A DNA stretch of 64,000 nt from Armatimonadota bacterium (GTDB lineage Bacteria > Armatimonadota > UBA5829 > DSUL01): contig JBDHZC010000002.1 of NCBI GenBank assembly GCA_039811685.1, positions 160,001-224,000 on the forward strand, given 5' to 3'. The translations under genes were made by a program, and so were the position numbers. Below the pieces are notes generated by a model. It saw only the letters and a program-made list of their open reading frames with translations, had not been told where the DNA came from and ran no database searches. How positions within the stretch are numbered: position 1 is the first letter of the stretch; every line of letters starts with the position of its first letter. Below are positions 49,557 to 58,565 of this stretch, one piece after another.

Positions 49557-49979
49557 CTATCGCACTTCGACAACCCAGGACATCGGGAACTCTTGCTTGC
49601 CGATGCGCAGCACAGGCCCGTCTTTTCCCGCGAGAGCAACCGAATCCACGACTCCTACGGCCGGTTCTCCGTCTCCGCTCGGATCAAGGACACTCACGGT
49701 CTTGCCAATCAGCGATACCGCCTGCTGAGATTGCGCTGCCGTAGTGCTGGAGCTGAGCGCAGAGTCAATCGAGGACAGCTTTTCGACAGTCGTAAACTGC
49801 GCGAGCTGAGCGATGAACTCCTTGTCCTCCATCGGATTCATGGGGTCCTGATTCTGAAGTTGTGTTATGAGCAGCTTGAGGAACAGATTTTTGTCCGCCT
49901 GAATCTTGTCCGCGGCGCCAAGCTGTGTCGTGCCCGCTGTCTCGCCGGTTCCCTGTGTTGCTGTTATTGTTGATGCCAT
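49557..49979 (-). CDS. flgD: Flagellar hook capping protein FlgD
   Basis: FLKLLITQLQNQDPMNPM..EFIAQLAQF, AVSLIGKTV. Confidence 0.95.
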   Translation of the reverse strand: MASTITATQGTGETAGTTQLGAADKIQADKNLFLKLLITQLQNQDPMNPMEDKEFIAQLAQFTTVEKLSSIDSALSSSTTAAQSQQAVSLIGKTVSVLDPSGDGEPAVGVVDSVALAGKDGPVLRIGKQEFPMSWVVEVR

Positions 49980-50076
49980 AGCTGTTTTCTATCCGGTATT
50001 TGAACTAGACAATCTGATCCTGTCAGAGAGCGCGAATGAGTCTGCAGCGCCTGCCCCGCTTCCACGCCGAAATTTG

Positions 50077-50105
50077 TTATCTGCGCTTTCCGGGAGAGCT
50101 CTGAG
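50077..50105 (-). promoter_or_regulatory. Possible sigma28-like internal promoter for flgD
   Basis: CAGA-N15-GCAGATAA. Confidence 0.35.
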
Positions 50106-50166
50106 AAACACTCTTCCGGGCCGCCAGCGCAAGGAGCTACTCCTTTTGAGCGATTGCCAGTAGCGC

Positions 50167-51843
50167 TCATGCGAAGAAATCCATCAGCGCGTTTGTGTCC
50201 GTTTTTCCGAAGAAAGTCTCTTGCTCATGCGACAGATCAGCCGGGCTGATACGAGCTCCGGAATACTCCGACGTGCGCGTCTGAGGCTGCTGCTGCCAGT
50301 GAAAGGCGCCGCGCTGCTGATCGAAATGTCCAAAGGAGGCTCCGAAGTCCGGCATGCTGAGGTTGTCCAGCTTCAAGCCTGCCTGCTGCAGGGTGTCTCT
50401 CAGGTCGTCACGGTGAGCCCAGAGCAGGTGGTTCGTCTGTGGCGACTCGGCGCGAAGCTGCGCCTGCACTCCCTGCGCCGTCAAGGCAACTTTGACATGA
50501 AGCACGCCAAGCTCTGGAGGATCTAGACGGACAGTCAGGCTGGTCGGGCCGCGCTGCGCAGCCCGCTGCGCCGCTTGCGCCACCTGCTCGATCGCGCGCG
50601 CGGGATTGGCCGCAGGGGTATCCTGGCTGGCCGGAGCGCCCGTTCCCGCGTCAGTGCGGCTTGTGTGAGCGCCCTCTGCAGTTGACCCGGCGTGGGCAGA
50701 GCTGTCAGCAAGCGCGCGCTCGAGGCCGTCTTCGGAGTTATTGCCACTGCTGTTATGCTGCGGCCGGCGCGCTTCGGTGACGCGAACAGTAGCGGACGAT
50801 AGCCCCGGAGAAGCGGACGCGGTATCCACGCCAGATTCTGACACAGCAGCCTTTGCTCTGGTCTCACTACTCGGGAGTTCGCTCTCATCAGTGAGCGGCT
50901 CGTCTTCAGATGTCTGCGAATTGCCCGAGAGCGACACACCGGGGAGAAACGACTGGGCGGCGACTTCAGCCTGAGCAGGCTGCGTTGCGTGCGGCGCTTG
51001 CTGCGAAATGTGTGCCACCGGCGCGACAGTACCGACTACCTGTGAGGGCTGGTCAACAACGGCGGATGGCGACGGATTGGGTTCGGGACCAGAATCGGAG
51101 GGGCCAGGCCTATGCTGCTGGCCGGAATAGCTTTGGGCGATTCCGACTGACGCGGACTGTCCGCGGAGCATTTCTACGGTTGGAGTAGTCCGGGATAAGC
51201 TATTCGCATCAGTCGTCTGGACTGGAGACCGTGCCTGCATCGTGAAGCTGGAATTATCGGAATGTACCGGCGTGGAGTCCGCCGGCGGGTTTGCAGCCGT
51301 AGAAGACGAGCGAGATTGATCAATAGCTTTTGTTGGCGACGTGACGCACGGCTCCACACCAACGGCCTGCGCTGCTTGAGCTAAGTCTCCACCTGCCGCC
51401 TGGTTCAAAGTCTCGGGCGCGATCGCTGCTGAAGGAGGTCTGTTCAGAGTCTCACGCGCAGAAGAGGGAATGCTATCAAGCGCCTCCGGCGCCACAGCCG
51501 CAAGATATCCGCTTTCAGCAGTGGACGTGGGGTCATGAACGCCCGGGGAGCAAATCAGGCCCGTCAGAGGGTAGGCTTGCCGGGCCAGCGCCAATGTATC
51601 GTCCTCAATATCCCGAGGCCCGCTCGGCCTGGGCCGGCTTTCGTCTTTGTCTGAGAGATTCGACTTGTGCCGGTTTGCCGGTGATTTCCCGCTGCCAGCC
51701 GTGGATTCAGTTGAGACGGCAAGCAACTGCTGGCTGAACGCTCCGCTCGCCCTGCCGTCCGGTGCGGTAGAACCGGGAGAAGGGGCAACCTCCGATGCAG
51801 GCGAGAGAACCGCCACCAAAGCGCTGCTCAAGGCATCACTCAC
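50167..51843 (-). CDS. fliK: Flagellar hook-length control protein FliK
   Basis: Long low-complexity S/A/P region plus C-terminal VRLDPPELG...LRDTLQQAGL; upstream of flgD. Confidence 0.88.
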   Translation of the reverse strand: MSDALSSALVAVLSPASEVAPSPGSTAPDGRASGAFSQQLLAVSTESTAGSGKSPANRHKSNLSDKDESRPRPSGPRDIEDDTLALARQAYPLTGLICSPGVHDPTSTAESGYLAAVAPEALDSIPSSARETLNRPPSAAIAPETLNQAAGGDLAQAAQAVGVEPCVTSPTKAIDQSRSSSTAANPPADSTPVHSDNSSFTMQARSPVQTTDANSLSRTTPTVEMLRGQSASVGIAQSYSGQQHRPGPSDSGPEPNPSPSAVVDQPSQVVGTVAPVAHISQQAPHATQPAQAEVAAQSFLPGVSLSGNSQTSEDEPLTDESELPSSETRAKAAVSESGVDTASASPGLSSATVRVTEARRPQHNSSGNNSEDGLERALADSSAHAGSTAEGAHTSRTDAGTGAPASQDTPAANPARAIEQVAQAAQRAAQRGPTSLTVRLDPPELGVLHVKVALTAQGVQAQLRAESPQTNHLLWAHRDDLRDTLQQAGLKLDNLSMPDFGASFGHFDQQRGAFHWQQQPQTRTSEYSGARISPADLSHEQETFFGKTDTNALMDFFA

Positions 51844-52382
51844 CGTTCGCCGCCTTTCCAGCGCGCCATTACAGCGGCAACATAGTTGCGCGTCTCTGCG
51901 TACGGCGGGATCCCGCCATATTTCTCCACAGCGCCTGGCCCTGCGTTGTAAGCGGCGACTGCAAGATCAGCAGAGCCCAACCGATCCAGCAGGCTCCGCA
52001 GATACCGCGCTCCGCCCATAATACTCTGTTGCGGGTCAAAAGGATTGTCCACACCGAGCGACCGAGCCGTTGCAGGCATGAGCTGCATCAATCCCTGTGC
52101 ACCGGCGGAGCTGACAGCGTTCGCGCGGCCACCGGACTCGCACATCATCACGGCGTGAATCAGCGCGGGGTCGAGGTCGTAGCGGCTGGCGGCTTCGGCG
52201 ATTATGTCCTGGTATCTGGCGCCCGCGCCTGTGTCCGCTGAGCTGCCAAGCGCAGCGGCAAACCGCGACGCAAAAGCGCCGGGCGAAGCAGCCGCGGAAG
52301 GCTCTTCTCCAGAAAGACGCGCGATGCGCTCTTCAATCTCAGCTATCCGGCTCTCTACATTTCTGACGCTGTCAATGTCCAT
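51840..52382 (-). CDS. Lytic transglycosylase (SLT domain), flagellum-associated
   Basis: AVMMCES, AVSSAGAQGLMQLMP, AAYNAGPG, IPPYAETRNYV; ATG 52382 lies downstream of the sigma28 site. Confidence 0.92.
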   Translation of the reverse strand: MDIDSVRNVESRIAEIEERIARLSGEEPSAAASPGAFASRFAAALGSSADTGAGARYQDIIAEAASRYDLDPALIHAVMMCESGGRANAVSSAGAQGLMQLMPATARSLGVDNPFDPQQSIMGGARYLRSLLDRLGSADLAVAAYNAGPGAVEKYGGIPPYAETRNYVAAVMARWKGGER

Positions 52383-52441
52383 AACATTTCCGGCTGCAGA
52401 AGGCGAGTACGAACAGACGCACTCTTTGCCGTCACCTCTAT

Positions 52442-52469
52442 TAATCGTCACTATTTGCGCAGACTTTAG
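52442..52469 (-). promoter_or_regulatory. Sigma28-like promoter of slt-fliK-flgD
   Basis: TAAA-N15-GACGATTA. Confidence 0.6.
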
Positions 52470-52655
52470 AGATTTCTCGTGGGGTGGTGCTGGCTCAGGG
52501 CGCAGAAAGGAGGTGAAGAAGCCCACTTAAGTCGCGACACTGCTTTATCTGCAGACAAGTTGAGGGTAAAGACAAGGTTTTTTTGCGCAATTGCGCGAAG
52601 ATATCAGCAATGAAGGCGTCTCACATTGCTAAGCTTATGCGCAACGGAGTACGCT

Positions 52656-53693
52656 GTGCACCGTAGCCGCGTACACGCCACACTGGAGGACGTCGCGCGA
52701 GAAGCAGGCGTTTCACAGACAACGGTTTCGTACGTACTCTCTAACAGCAAGCACGCTCAGCGCATCAGCCAGGCAACCAAGCTCCGGATAGCCGAGGCCG
52801 CCGAGCGCCTGGGATACAGCCGCAACTCCATCGGCGCAGCCTTGCAGCGCGGCTACACAGATCTGGTTGTGCTGATGGCTGTAGGTTGGGATCTGGCGAT
52901 TGGTCATTCGGCTGTTACCATGGCGATTACACGCGCAGCGGGAGCGCAGGGGCTGGCGACAATTGTGGATGTCGCGTCGGATGACTCGGAAGCTCTGCTC
53001 TTCCTCAGACGCGTGAAGTCGCTGAATCCCTATGGCCTGTTCCTTCTCTGGGACACTGTCAGCCACCCGCTCCAGGACCTCATGCGCCTTCAGGAGTCCG
53101 GCCTGCCCATTGTGCATCTCATGCCGACAGGGGTTTCATCCATCCCCACTGTGACTGCCGACCGCAAGGCTGGTACGGTTATGGCAGTTCGCAGACTGGT
53201 GAGTCTCGGACACAGAAAGATTGGGATGCTCACTCACGCGGAATCGGTCAAACAAACGGCAATCCCAAAGATTGAAGGCTATCGCCAGGCCCTTCAGGAG
53301 GTGGGTATCCGTGAAGAGCCTGAGCTTTTTGAGGCGGTGGGACCGGAGTTCGACGATGGATACGAAGGGTTTCGCCGGCTCTATGGCAGACGTCCGGATA
53401 TTACGGCAGTTATCTCTGTGGGTGACCCTCCCGCGCTCGGAGCGATCGCAGCGGCGCAGGATATGGGCCTTCGAGTCCCACAAGAAGTATCCATCGTGGG
53501 GCACGCTGGGTCTCCGGAAGGGGAGAACTTCAGGCCGAAGCTTACAACTGTAGCGGCGCCCCCGAAAGCTGTAGCGCAACGCGCGACGGAGATGCTGATG
53601 GCACTGCGCAGAGGAGAGGCACAGCCCTCATCCACATTGATTCCTATGGAGATTATCGAGCGCGGTTCCACCGGCCCGGCGCGCCGGAATTGA
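52656..53693 (+). CDS. LacI family transcriptional regulator
   Basis: TLEDVAREAGVSQTTVSYVL HTH, LGHRKIG, GLRVPQEVSIVG, PKLTTV. Confidence 0.95.
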   Translation: MHRSRVHATLEDVAREAGVSQTTVSYVLSNSKHAQRISQATKLRIAEAAERLGYSRNSIGAALQRGYTDLVVLMAVGWDLAIGHSAVTMAITRAAGAQGLATIVDVASDDSEALLFLRRVKSLNPYGLFLLWDTVSHPLQDLMRLQESGLPIVHLMPTGVSSIPTVTADRKAGTVMAVRRLVSLGHRKIGMLTHAESVKQTAIPKIEGYRQALQEVGIREEPELFEAVGPEFDDGYEGFRRLYGRRPDITAVISVGDPPALGAIAAAQDMGLRVPQEVSIVGHAGSPEGENFRPKLTTVAAPPKAVAQRATEMLMALRRGEAQPSSTLIPMEIIERGSTGPARRN

Positions 53694-53702
53694 GGTGTTA
53701 CT

Positions 53703-53912
53703 GTGATTTTTCCGCCAGGCAAAATGCGAGTGATAGAAGTCTATGACGCAAAGCAGTCCGAAGAAGGCTGGCTGGAGCTTGACATCCGCAGCGTCGATCT
53801 GGAAGGCGCAGGCAAGATTTATATTGATCTTGACGAAATTGAGGAGCTGAAGGCGAGGCGGTCAGCGGAAACTGACGCTTTGGAACGGGCGAAAAAGCTG
53901 CTGGGCGGATGA
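53703..53912 (+). CDS. Small hypothetical protein
   Basis: 69 aa, RBS GAGGT, follows lacI and fills the gap to convergent fliM. Confidence 0.65.
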   Translation: MIFPPGKMRVIEVYDAKQSEEGWLELDIRSVDLEGAGKIYIDLDEIEELKARRSAETDALERAKKLLGG

Positions 53913-53936
53913 GTGAATGGCGACTGGTAGTCCCGG

Positions 53937-54944
53937 CTACTGCGCCAGCGCGCGGACTTCTTCGTCTGAGAGCTCATGCGTAATCTGAACGGCCAGATAA
54001 CGCCCGGTGACGCCCGGCACCGCTTTGTACTTCGGGACACCCTTCACGCTTAGAATTATCTCATCAGTCGCCCGGTTATCAAGGCGAACGCAATCACCCG
54101 GTTTGAGAGCCAGGAGATTGTTGATGCTCACAGGCACGGTTCCGAGCAAAGCTTCCAGATAGACAGTTGAGGAGCCAATCTGTTCAGAGATTGCCTGCTG
54201 GATGGCCAGGTCTGGGCCTGAGCCGGTATTTTCCGAGCGCTGCGCGAAATCGTGCAAAATAGCCTCAACCGCGTGCGTTGGTACGCACAAAGATATCAAC
54301 CCCGCATGGGTTCCTATCTGCATCTCAAAGGTGACGCTGAGCACTCTATCTCCTGATGCGGCAGCCGGATTGGCGCTCAGATTCACGCCGGCCCTCTCAA
54401 GATCGCAAAAGGTGTGGCCATAGGGTTCCCATGCGCGCGTGTATTGCTTCAGCGCAGGGCGGATGACGCTCTCCATGAGCTTCATCTCGATCTCTGTGAG
54501 ATCCCGCGCATCCGGGCTGGAGTCCCCATCTCCACCAGTCATGAGATCAACCAGGCAGAAAACCAGATTTGGGTTCACTTCAATCAGACACCGGGCCCCT
54601 ACTGGATCGATGCGAAATGAAGAGAAAAACGTGGACGAAGGAGTGCTTTTCAGATACTCGGCAAAGCTGCACTGCTCTACGGTGGAGTACTGGACATCGA
54701 CTGTCGCACGCAACAGCGATGAGAGGTAGCTGGAAAGGCTGCTGGCAAGGGCACGGTGTACGGCTTCGACGCACTTGAGCTGATCCTTTGAGAAACGCTC
54801 TGGACGTCTGAAATCGTAGAGGCGCACTTCCGAAACAGGATTGGCAGCGCCTGAGCGGCGCGCGGAGGCGCTGTCAAACACCTGCAGCAGAGAGTCGATC
54901 TCCTGCTGTGAGAGGATTTCTGAAGAGTCTGTTTCGTTAGTCAT
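53937..54944 (-). CDS. fliM: Flagellar motor switch protein FliM
   Basis: ILSQQEIDSLL (CheY-binding), YDFRRPERFSKDQ, RDLTEIE, C-terminal SpoA domain. Confidence 0.95.
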   Translation of the reverse strand: MTNETDSSEILSQQEIDSLLQVFDSASARRSGAANPVSEVRLYDFRRPERFSKDQLKCVEAVHRALASSLSSYLSSLLRATVDVQYSTVEQCSFAEYLKSTPSSTFFSSFRIDPVGARCLIEVNPNLVFCLVDLMTGGDGDSSPDARDLTEIEMKLMESVIRPALKQYTRAWEPYGHTFCDLERAGVNLSANPAAASGDRVLSVTFEMQIGTHAGLISLCVPTHAVEAILHDFAQRSENTGSGPDLAIQQAISEQIGSSTVYLEALLGTVPVSINNLLALKPGDCVRLDNRATDEIILSVKGVPKYKAVPGVTGRYLAVQITHELSDEEVRALAQ

Positions 54945-55059
54945 TCGGTCAGTGTGTGAAATCAGTTACAAACGCGAGAGTGTCCATCTGCGCTTCGTCT
55001 CAGAACTTGTCCCCTGAGACAGGTAAAGGTTTGTTCCCAGCGATGTCATCCCGTGGACA

Positions 55060-55536
55060 CTACTGCATAGCGAAGTTGGTGAAGTAGATTTTTCGCGCTT
55101 CAAGAGTCGGATCCGCATGCTCGAGCTCTTTCAGGATGTCTTCTTTCAGCCGTTCTTTTCCTTCGGGGCGCAGCAGTTGCGCGTAGCTGTAGTGGGCAAC
55201 AGTTGAGATAATGCTGTCGCGGATCACGGGCAGGCGTGGGTCCGCTGATCCTTCACCGTGACCTTCTCCGCCGCCCGCCGGCGCCTCACCCGCGATACCG
55301 AGATTGATCTCCAGCTTCAGGTAGTGCGGGTCCTGCGTGTCAGCCAGATTCACCACGAACTCCTCCAGGGGCATCATAACGAGCGCTTTTGGCGCGGGTC
55401 TGGCATCCTTTTTCGGTTTACCTCCCCCTTTGAGCAGAACAAAACCGGTACCTGCCAGCGCCAGCACGAGCACAAGGATGACGATTGGCAGAATCGGCAG
55501 CTTACCGTCTGTGTTGCGCAGTATTTTCACGTCCAT
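55060..55536 (-). CDS. fliL: Flagellar basal body protein FliL
   Basis: N-terminal TM, EFVVNLAD, IRDSII, GKERLKEDI, IYFTNFAMQ. Confidence 0.93.
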   Translation of the reverse strand: MDVKILRNTDGKLPILPIVILVLVLALAGTGFVLLKGGGKPKKDARPAPKALVMMPLEEFVVNLADTQDPHYLKLEINLGIAGEAPAGGGEGHGEGSADPRLPVIRDSIISTVAHYSYAQLLRPEGKERLKEDILKELEHADPTLEARKIYFTNFAMQ

Positions 55537-55596
55537 TTGAACCCGAGGCCTCCGAGACTCCAGACGCGCTCACAGCGCCATGGATTGTCCTTATTC

Positions 55597-55625
55597 CTAT
55601 CGGCAGAACCGACTCTGGGCTTCAG
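55597..55625 (-). promoter_or_regulatory. Sigma28-like promoter of fliL-fliM
   Basis: CTGAAG-N15-GCCGATAG. Confidence 0.6.
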
Positions 55626-55638
55626 GGCATCCAGGCGC

Positions 55639-56487
55639 TCATCGCGTAGCGCGCGATATGCGCGTGGCCGCCGGGAGCCGAGCGCTTTGCTCGGTCTCCT
55701 TACGGGGCATTGGCCGGGCCAGCACCTGTGAAGTCTCCTCCGGCGTTTCTCTGTCGCTTTTCACCGGCCACGCGACGCTGTCCAGGTGGGCATTCACAAG
55801 CGCGACAGACTCTTCCGCTCGAATGGAAGCCAGGGCTGAGACAAGCGCCTCATAGCGCTGTTGCTCCGTGGATATCTCGTGGCTTATGCGCGCAGCAAGC
55901 GGAGCGAACAACAGGTGGGCTGCCAGCATGCCAGTGGCGGTTGGCACAAAGCAGACGGCCAACTGCTGCAACAGCGTCTGGGCGTCCGACTGTTGCAGCA
56001 GCGCCATCATCAGAAGCAGAGAAGACACGGTACCAACTGCGGGCGCGCTGGAGGCGGCGACGCTGAACACGGACACGGCATCCTTGCGCGCTTGCAACTC
56101 GTTCTGCGACTCCAGCCTCAGCACCTCTCTGAGCTCGCGGTGCGGCATCTGCGCGGCGATCAAGCCAGCCGCTCGCAGTACAAAGGGATGCTTGAGATAG
56201 TCCAGCTCGTGCCGGATCGCATGCAGCCCTGCACGCTGAGCTGTGCGCGCCAGCTCCCGGACTTCCTGTGCCGGGACTCCATCGAGGACAGGCTTTCGTA
56301 ACGCGCGCACGGCGCTCAGAAGCTCACGCACCGATCGGCACGCCATCAGCACTCCAAAGGTCGCCCCAAAAGCGGAGGCCACGCCAGCCCACACACCCGC
56401 TCCGGGGTGGGATGGCGTGACCTCGGGCAGAAGCGAAAGAGGAGCAAGCACCGATACAAGAGCAATCAGTAAGCCAATCAGCGTCAT
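55639..56487 (-). CDS. motA: MotA-like stator protein, strongly diverged
   Basis: MTLIGL, FGATFG, HPFVLRAAGLI, APAVG, AHLLFAPLAARI, SIRAEE; between flgE and fliL. Confidence 0.72.
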   Translation of the reverse strand: MTLIGLLIALVSVLAPLSLLPEVTPSHPGAGVWAGVASAFGATFGVLMACRSVRELLSAVRALRKPVLDGVPAQEVRELARTAQRAGLHAIRHELDYLKHPFVLRAAGLIAAQMPHRELREVLRLESQNELQARKDAVSVFSVAASSAPAVGTVSSLLLMMALLQQSDAQTLLQQLAVCFVPTATGMLAAHLLFAPLAARISHEISTEQQRYEALVSALASIRAEESVALVNAHLDSVAWPVKSDRETPEETSQVLARPMPRKETEQSARLPAATRISRATR

Positions 56488-56542
56488 ACTCTCATCCCTT
56501 CAAACTCCAGTCAGAACTCCGCGGGAATCCCAGGCTAGGGGA

Positions 56543-58426
56543 TTACCGCTTGAGCTGCACCAGCTCCTGAAGCACCTCATCCGACGTCGTTATGAGCCGT
56601 GCGTTCGCCTGGAACCCGCGCTGCGCCACGATCATGTTGGTGAACTCGGTCGGCAGATCGACGTTGGAGGATTCCAGAAAACCCGCCGTGATCCGACCGC
56701 GGCTGCCGTTGGCGGGAACTCCGATCTGCGCCAGTCCAGAGTTGGAGGTCTCCAACCAGAGGTTGTTTCCGGCTTTGGCCAGGCCGGCCGAGTTCCGGAA
56801 GTCCGCCATCGCAAGCTGTGCGAGCGACTTGCTGATACCGTTGGTAAAGCGGCCAGTGATGACGCCGTCTTTGCCGATGGCAAAGCTGTCAAGCGTTCCC
56901 AGCGCGAGGCCGTCCTGCCTGGCAGCGCCGACAGTGTTGTCACCCGCAAGAGACTTCACGCCCGTGAAATCGAGATTGAACGTCAGAGGGTTCGTGGCGC
57001 CATCCGGATTGGCCATTACGAAGTCCACGGCGCCGTGCGTTGCGTTCGCATTGCCGTTCTCGTCAAAGACGAGCTGTCCACTCCCGATATTGTCGCCTGT
57101 TCCGTCTATATTGTTGTAGCCGACGCCAAAGACATCATCGAGTGTCCAACCTGCGCCAGTTGTCGTCAGAGCGGTCAGGTTTCCAACACCCTGCTGATAG
57201 GAGGTCAAAGACAGCTTTCCGTTCGTCGCCGTTGCCGTCACCCCTGCCCCCGTCGCGTTGATCTTGTCAGCGACTGTCTCGGCAGTATCGCCAGGAGTTA
57301 CCGTAATCTGAAAACCATTCACGGTCAGCATGCTGTCAGCGGAGGGTGGCGTGAAGTAGTTGCCTGTCCCGGACACACTGCCTGCCAGAAGACCCAGCGC
57401 GCTCAGCGCCGCAGATCCAGAGCTTGATGAGATACGAATGCCGGCGTTAGAACCTTCCGTGGTCTGTGTGAGTACCAGATGACCCGAGCTGTCAATCTGC
57501 GCACCGACCCGATCCGGGGGGCTGACGCTGGCAAAGGCCGCATTTACCGCCGAGGCCACCTGAGCGGCCGTCATTCCGTTTGTAAGTGTCACCGTGACAA
57601 GTGGCGATCCGGAACCATCACTGAAAACAAGATCAGAGTTCGAGCCGAGCGTAAGTCCTCCGCTGATATCCTGGACTCCTGCGATGGTGGCAGCAGACGT
57701 GGCGCCAGGAGTGACCGTTGCCGGGGACGCCGCAGCGCGGTCCGGGCTGTTAGCGCTCCATATCCAGGTAGCGGGCTGGCTGGTCTTGGTGAAGGTGACT
57801 GTCATGCGGTGAGCGGCGCCGTGGCTGTCGTAGACGTCAAAACCAATGGATTTTTGCGATCCAGGAACCGCTGAAGAGTCGAGATTTCCGCCCAACTCCA
57901 CAAAGCTGGTATGCTTGGCGATAGACGTCTGACCGACGACGATCTTGATGTTATTGTGCTGCCCGATGGTGGTGCTGGTGTCAATTGCGCCAGTGTCCGG
58001 ATCCGCGGTCCAGCCCAGAACATGCATTCCAGAGCCCGTTGACACCAGGTACCCGGCAGAATCAATGTAGAAAGAACCGTCGCGCGTGTAGTACTTCTGC
58101 GTACCGTCACTGGTCATCAGATAGCCGCTGCCTTCTATCGCAACGTCAGTCGTTTTTCCTGTGGGCTGAAGCGTCCCCTGTGTGAGGATCAGATCTGCCG
58201 CGCCGACCGTAACCCCCAGACCCACCTGAAACGGGTTGGTTCCACCCAGTCCGGAATCGTTGGGCTGCGTCGCTCCGCGCAGCGTCTGTGAGATTACATC
58301 TTTGAAGACCGTGCGGCTGGCTTTGAAGGCGACTGTGTTGACGTTGGCCACATTGTTGCCGATGATATCAAGCTCGGTCTTGTGCGCCTGCACTCCCGAC
58401 ACTCCGTTGAACATCGCTTGAAGCAT
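56543..58426 (-). CDS. flgE: Flagellar hook protein FlgE with large insertion
   Basis: IIGNNVANVNTVAFK, QVGLGV, TDVAIEGSGY, YTRDGSF, YDSHG, LESSNVDL..EFTNMIVAQRGFQAN; RBS GGAGG before ATG 58426. Confidence 0.95.
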   Translation of the reverse strand: MLQAMFNGVSGVQAHKTELDIIGNNVANVNTVAFKASRTVFKDVISQTLRGATQPNDSGLGGTNPFQVGLGVTVGAADLILTQGTLQPTGKTTDVAIEGSGYLMTSDGTQKYYTRDGSFYIDSAGYLVSTGSGMHVLGWTADPDTGAIDTSTTIGQHNNIKIVVGQTSIAKHTSFVELGGNLDSSAVPGSQKSIGFDVYDSHGAAHRMTVTFTKTSQPATWIWSANSPDRAAASPATVTPGATSAATIAGVQDISGGLTLGSNSDLVFSDGSGSPLVTVTLTNGMTAAQVASAVNAAFASVSPPDRVGAQIDSSGHLVLTQTTEGSNAGIRISSSSGSAALSALGLLAGSVSGTGNYFTPPSADSMLTVNGFQITVTPGDTAETVADKINATGAGVTATATNGKLSLTSYQQGVGNLTALTTTGAGWTLDDVFGVGYNNIDGTGDNIGSGQLVFDENGNANATHGAVDFVMANPDGATNPLTFNLDFTGVKSLAGDNTVGAARQDGLALGTLDSFAIGKDGVITGRFTNGISKSLAQLAMADFRNSAGLAKAGNNLWLETSNSGLAQIGVPANGSRGRITAGFLESSNVDLPTEFTNMIVAQRGFQANARLITTSDEVLQELVQLKR

Positions 58427-58565
58427 GATAGATTCGAACCTCCGAATCGACGGTGGGCAAAGCCCTGTAGAGCGATTGATCCTTCGCGCGGCCGCAAATC
58501 TGAGTTGAACGCAGCCGGGCTTATGCGAGGCGGCGCAGCCACCGCGCAAGACCTTCCACTGAAAC

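Noticed and set aside
50167..51843. Low-complexity Ser/Ala/Pro region as a novel repeat protein
   Set aside because: Expected for the disordered ruler region of FliK.
56243..57427. Long + strand ORFs antisense to real genes (also 44044-45537, 39347-40552 and similar)
   Set aside because: Shadow ORFs caused by GC-rich codon bias on the opposite coding strand; no protein motifs.
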